A DNA stretch of 39,590 bases, taken from contig NC_068982.1 in assembly GCF_001194135.2 (NCBI RefSeq), positions 149,291,114 through 149,330,703 on the forward strand. Reading direction: 5' to 3'. The stretch's first letter is position 1; every line of letters begins with the position of its first letter. The translations under genes and the position numbers were made by a program. Source of the DNA: Octopus bimaculoides. Its lineage: Eukaryota. The notes under the pieces were generated by a model. That model made no database searches, had not been told where the DNA came from, and saw only the letters and a program-made list of their open reading frames with translations. Below, piece after piece: positions 36,116-39,590 of this stretch.

Positions 36116-36216
36116 AACAACAACAACAACAACAAAAGCAGTAGCACCAGCAGCAACAGCAACAACAACAGCAGCAGCAGCAACAACAACAACAGCACCA
36201 CCACCAACAACAACAA
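36116..36216 (+). repeat. (CAA/CAG/CAC)n trinucleotide repeat
   Basis: Direct read; may be the tail of a decayed retroelement upstream. Confidence 0.9.
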
Positions 36217-36410
36217 TAGGGCTTTCCTCAAACTACTGCAGAAATGTGTATGTGGTCATTTGACATGCTAGAAATAACAACTAAATCTTCAGATAACATT
36301 CTATCATCGGATAGGACCATCATGAATGTAACAAACATCTATAATCACAGGGCAACTGAATAAGGGTTGACTTGTAGCTGAACATTAACAGAGACCTTCT
36401 TGGTATAAAG

Positions 36411-36703
36411 CAGGGGTTCCCAAATGGGCTCCACAGAAGCTTTAAGAGGGTCCACAAGTAAAAAATTGTAATTTATAGGTCCATATATAAATTTTGTTTA
36501 CTAGAAGAGGTACCTGTATTTATTGAAATTTTCAAGAGTTGTATTTGGAATTTATTTTATGAATATAACAAAATTGTTTCATTGTTAGTTTTCACTAACC
36601 TACAAACAAATACTTTAATTCAAAAATTTGCATATGCATATATGGGGTCCACAGATGATAAGATAGCTCTCAGGGGGTCCACAAGTAAGATTGGGAACCT
36701 TTG
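36411..36703 (+). mobile_element. complete 293-bp hAT-family MITE
   Basis: TIRs CAGGGGTTCCCAA / TTGGGAACCTTTG (11/13). Perfect 8-bp TSD GTATAAAG at 36403-36410 and 36704-36711. Confidence 0.95.
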
Positions 36704-36769
36704 GTATAAAGGGATATTTGGCAAAAGAGGATTATTTATGCTGGATGTCATATGTATATCTTATTATTT

Positions 36770-37192
36770 CTTTTATATCTTATTTAGTTTAGTCATAGGA
36801 CTGTGGTCATGTTAGAGTTCTGCCTTCAAGGATTTAGTCAAACAAATCAATCCCTGTACTTATTTTTTAAAGTCTGGTGCTTAATCTATCAGTTTCTTTT
36901 TGCCAAACTGATAAGTTACCAGTACATAAACAAGCCAACAGCAGTTGCCAAGTGGTAGTGAAGTACAAGCACAAACACTAAGACACGCATATATATACAC
37001 ACATATACACAAACACACATACACATATATACAATGGGCCTCCACACAGTTTCCATCTACCATATTCATTCACATGGCATTCATTGGCTCAGGGCTATAG
37101 TAGAAGACACTTGCTCAAAGTGCCATAGGGTGGGATTGAACCCAAAACTACTTGGTTGCAAAACAAACTTCATAGCCACACACTCATGCCTG
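36770..37192 (-). mobile_element. SINE family C, older copy
   Basis: Colinear, diverged homology to 8010-8422, including the internal (CA)/(TA) tract. Confidence 0.8.
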
Positions 37193-37491
37193 TTAACATA
37201 CATGAGATAAATATTGATTATATAACATAAATGAAGCTGTTGTTTGGCCAGTTTTCCATATACAGTAGCAGGTTTGAAAATACAAAGGCATCAGCAGATC
37301 ACTTAACTGTTGTTGATCCCTGATTGTTATCTTTCATGCATCAGTGATTATGTTGGAATTGTGAAGAAAAAAATTGGATATGCCTGCAAGTTGGAACTAG
37401 TTTTGTCTTGAGAGTTAAGAACTAATTTCAACTTACCACCACATGTACAAATTCTTCCTTGAGAATTACAGAGATAAAACTAACAACCATG

Positions 37492-37617
37492 AAAGTGGCT
37501 GAGTTCCTTTCAAGCATTGGGCCTCACGGAGGCAAAGTGGCTGAGTTCTTTTCGTGCATTGTGTCTCACAGAGGTAAAGTGGCTCAGTTCCTTTTGAGTG
37601 GTGTGCTTCATGGAGGC
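37492..37617 (+). repeat. 3 x 42-bp minisatellite at the 5' junction of an RTE fragment
   Basis: Units start at 37492, 37534 and 37576 (AAAGTGGCTGAGTTC...GGAGG). Confidence 0.9.
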
Positions 37618-37905
37618 AATGACCAAAACCTTTTGGCATTATGTCATGCTTGGGAAGAAGACCCAAATCAAACCAACCAAAATCATTCATGGCAGATACC
37701 AATGTCACACAAATATGCCAGTGGCACATAAAAGCACCAATTACACTCTCAGAGTAGCTGGCATTAGGAAGGGCATCCAGCTGTTGAAAACCATGCCAAA
37801 TCAGACTGGAGTCTGGTGCAGCTTTCCAGCTTACCAGCCCTGGTCAAACTATTCAACCCATGCCAGCATGGGCAATGGACGTTAAATGAGGATGAGGATG
37901 AGGAC

Positions 37906-37938
<33 letters not shown>
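37515..37938 (+). mobile_element. RTE LINE 3' fragment with (GAT)n tail
   Basis: CATTGGGCCTCACGGAGGC...AATGAC is the reverse complement of sequence at 27090-27120; then GGCATTAGGAAGGGCATCCAGCTG and the tail. Confidence 0.85.
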
Positions 37939-38712
37939 ATTACTGTGTGGACTAAGATCCCTGTTGACAGGCCACTGGTATTTATAGAGTGTTAAACACA
38001 TTTGGTATGCAAATTAGGAACTCCTTCATAGAGTAACTGCTGCATTTGTTGAGTATATAAACAGTTTGGCTATTCATTTCTCTGGAGATTGTCAAAATGA
38101 TGTAAACACCACTGATGAGAGCCCACTGAGGATTGAAAATCAATTAAGGTTGTTCATCATTTTTTTTTTTTGTCAGTCTGAGGAGAAATGGCTAAAATTT
38201 GCCCTGTCTATAATTATACCATATGTTATGTATATATATATATATCTAGGTATATATATTTCACATTATGCCCATATACAAAGTGAAAGAGAAAAATGAA
38301 AATGCAGTTGTTGTATGAGTGCATGCATGCACATGTGTGACAGACTGACAGATATAGTCCTTATTGTTATAATATATTCATGTATTCATACACACATGTA
38401 TGCACAAACATCTTTTGTTCAACAAACAACTTCGATGCCTATTAAGCAATTTAATGTGTGCTATATGTATTTACAAAGTTAACAGGGGAAAGGAATGTAC
38501 TACTTATTTTTATGCTAATCAAAATTGCTCTTCTCTTCCCACTGTAAACCAGGTAGATGATTAGAGAATATGACTGGCTCAACAGTATATTGCTTATCAT
38601 ATTTTTGTCTTGTTTGATTAAGCAAACACAAATAAAGGAATGGTGTACCTAATTAGAAACATACACACATACAATAAACAATGCCAACGCCCATACACAT
38701 ACTTTGTTACAC

Positions 38713-38713
<1 letters not shown>

Positions 38714-38787
<74 letters not shown>

Positions 38788-38897
38788 ATAGATAGATGTA
38801 CATCTGTATGTAAATATGTATGTATGAAAACAGAAAGAGAGAGAAAAGGAGAGACAGAGAGAAAAGGAGAGACAGAGAGAAAAGGAGAGACAGAGAG
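38714..38897 (+). repeat. (TAGA)n plus 3 x 18-bp GAGAAAAGGAGAGACAGA minisatellite
   Basis: 18-bp units at 38841, 38859 and 38877. Confidence 0.9.
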
Positions 38898-39075
38898 ACA
38901 GCCAGACAGATGTATGGAAAGCTAGTTATAGATAATGCACACACATACATTTATATACTTATATAGGCATATGTATATATTTGTGTGCCTTAATATACAT
39001 ACATAGTCATATATATGTATATGTGTGTGTAAATATATGATTGATTAAATATACGCTCATATGTATACATACACA

Positions 39076-39236
39076 TCATCATCATCATCGTCATCGTCGT
39101 TTAACGTCTGCTTTTCATGCTGGCATGTGTTGGATGGCTTGACTGAGGCCTGGCAAACCAGAAGGCTGCAGCGGACTCCTATCTGATCCGGCAAAGTTCC
39201 TACAGGTGGATGCCCTTCCTAACGCCAACCACTCCA
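39076..39236 (-). mobile_element. RTE-related 3' end, cut off by the GC-rich segment
   Basis: Homology ends at CCAACCACTCC where other copies continue GAGAGTGTAGTGGG. Confidence 0.85.
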
Positions 39237-39249
39237 AGACACACAAACA

Positions 39250-39590
39250 CACTCGCAGACGGCGTCGCCGCCTAGCCGACAGCGCTTTCCATCGCAACTG
39301 CTCTTCACCGGCGGAACTCCGCCGCCTAGTCGTCGCTCTGAATTCGGCCACTTCCGATCGACTCTGTGGGTACGCTGCGGTTACCGGCGGGTCGAACATT
39401 GAGGCAAACGGTGAGGCGACTGCCGGCCGACCGTCTGCCTTTCCGTCGGCCGAGGTCACCACTCGAGTCGGACGAAACGACCATCCGATCGACGGCTGCT
39501 ACCCCTACATAGTTGTCTGGACCTCCTTGGGGTGTGAGGGCCACCTAGACCGCGACTGTTCCGCCGGGTCCGACCCGAGAGTTTGCGGGA
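39250..39590. other. GC/CpG-rich segment of unknown identity, runs off the window
   Basis: 38/60 G+C in 39301-39360 against an AT-rich background; one plus frame is open to the edge. Confidence 0.8.

Noticed and set aside
37492-37617. CRISPR-like array
   Set aside because: Whole units are homologous (no unique spacers), there are no cas genes, and the context is eukaryotic.
39250-39590. rRNA gene
   Set aside because: No conserved 18S/5.8S/28S core motif recognised on either strand; a spacer origin cannot be excluded.

Overview
AT-rich, microsatellite-dense animal DNA with eight assembly gaps. The repeat families look cephalopod (Octopus-like); that is recall, not a database match. No host protein-coding gene, tRNA, rRNA or CRISPR array can be supported. 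The window is a patchwork of mobile-element remnants: three tRNA-headed SINE families plus one SINE whose head is badly decayed; many RTE-LINE 3' ends with (GAT)n tails; an older RTE RT fragment; a 303-codon stop-free R4/Dong-type RT fragment; three mariner relics; hAT relics and MITEs; two Helitron-like elements (one only 91 bp); and several Penelope-like element (PLE) pieces. The most striking signal, invisible in the ORF track, is a set of minimal type I hammerhead ribozyme (HHR) motifs. Five are well formed (1112-1148 -, 1346-1428 -, 3436-3475 -, 14830-14877 +, 15012-15072 -) and there are 2-3 relics. Most have a palindromic stem III. Two lie in tandem 232 nt apart (retrozyme-like) and two face each other across a (TA)n tract. 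PLE-borne HHRs are a known class, so the novelty lies in the variants and arrangements. Other unexplained items are a 151-bp foldback with 45-bp arms, a 42-bp in-frame minisatellite at an RTE junction, and an abrupt GC/CpG-rich segment at the right edge.
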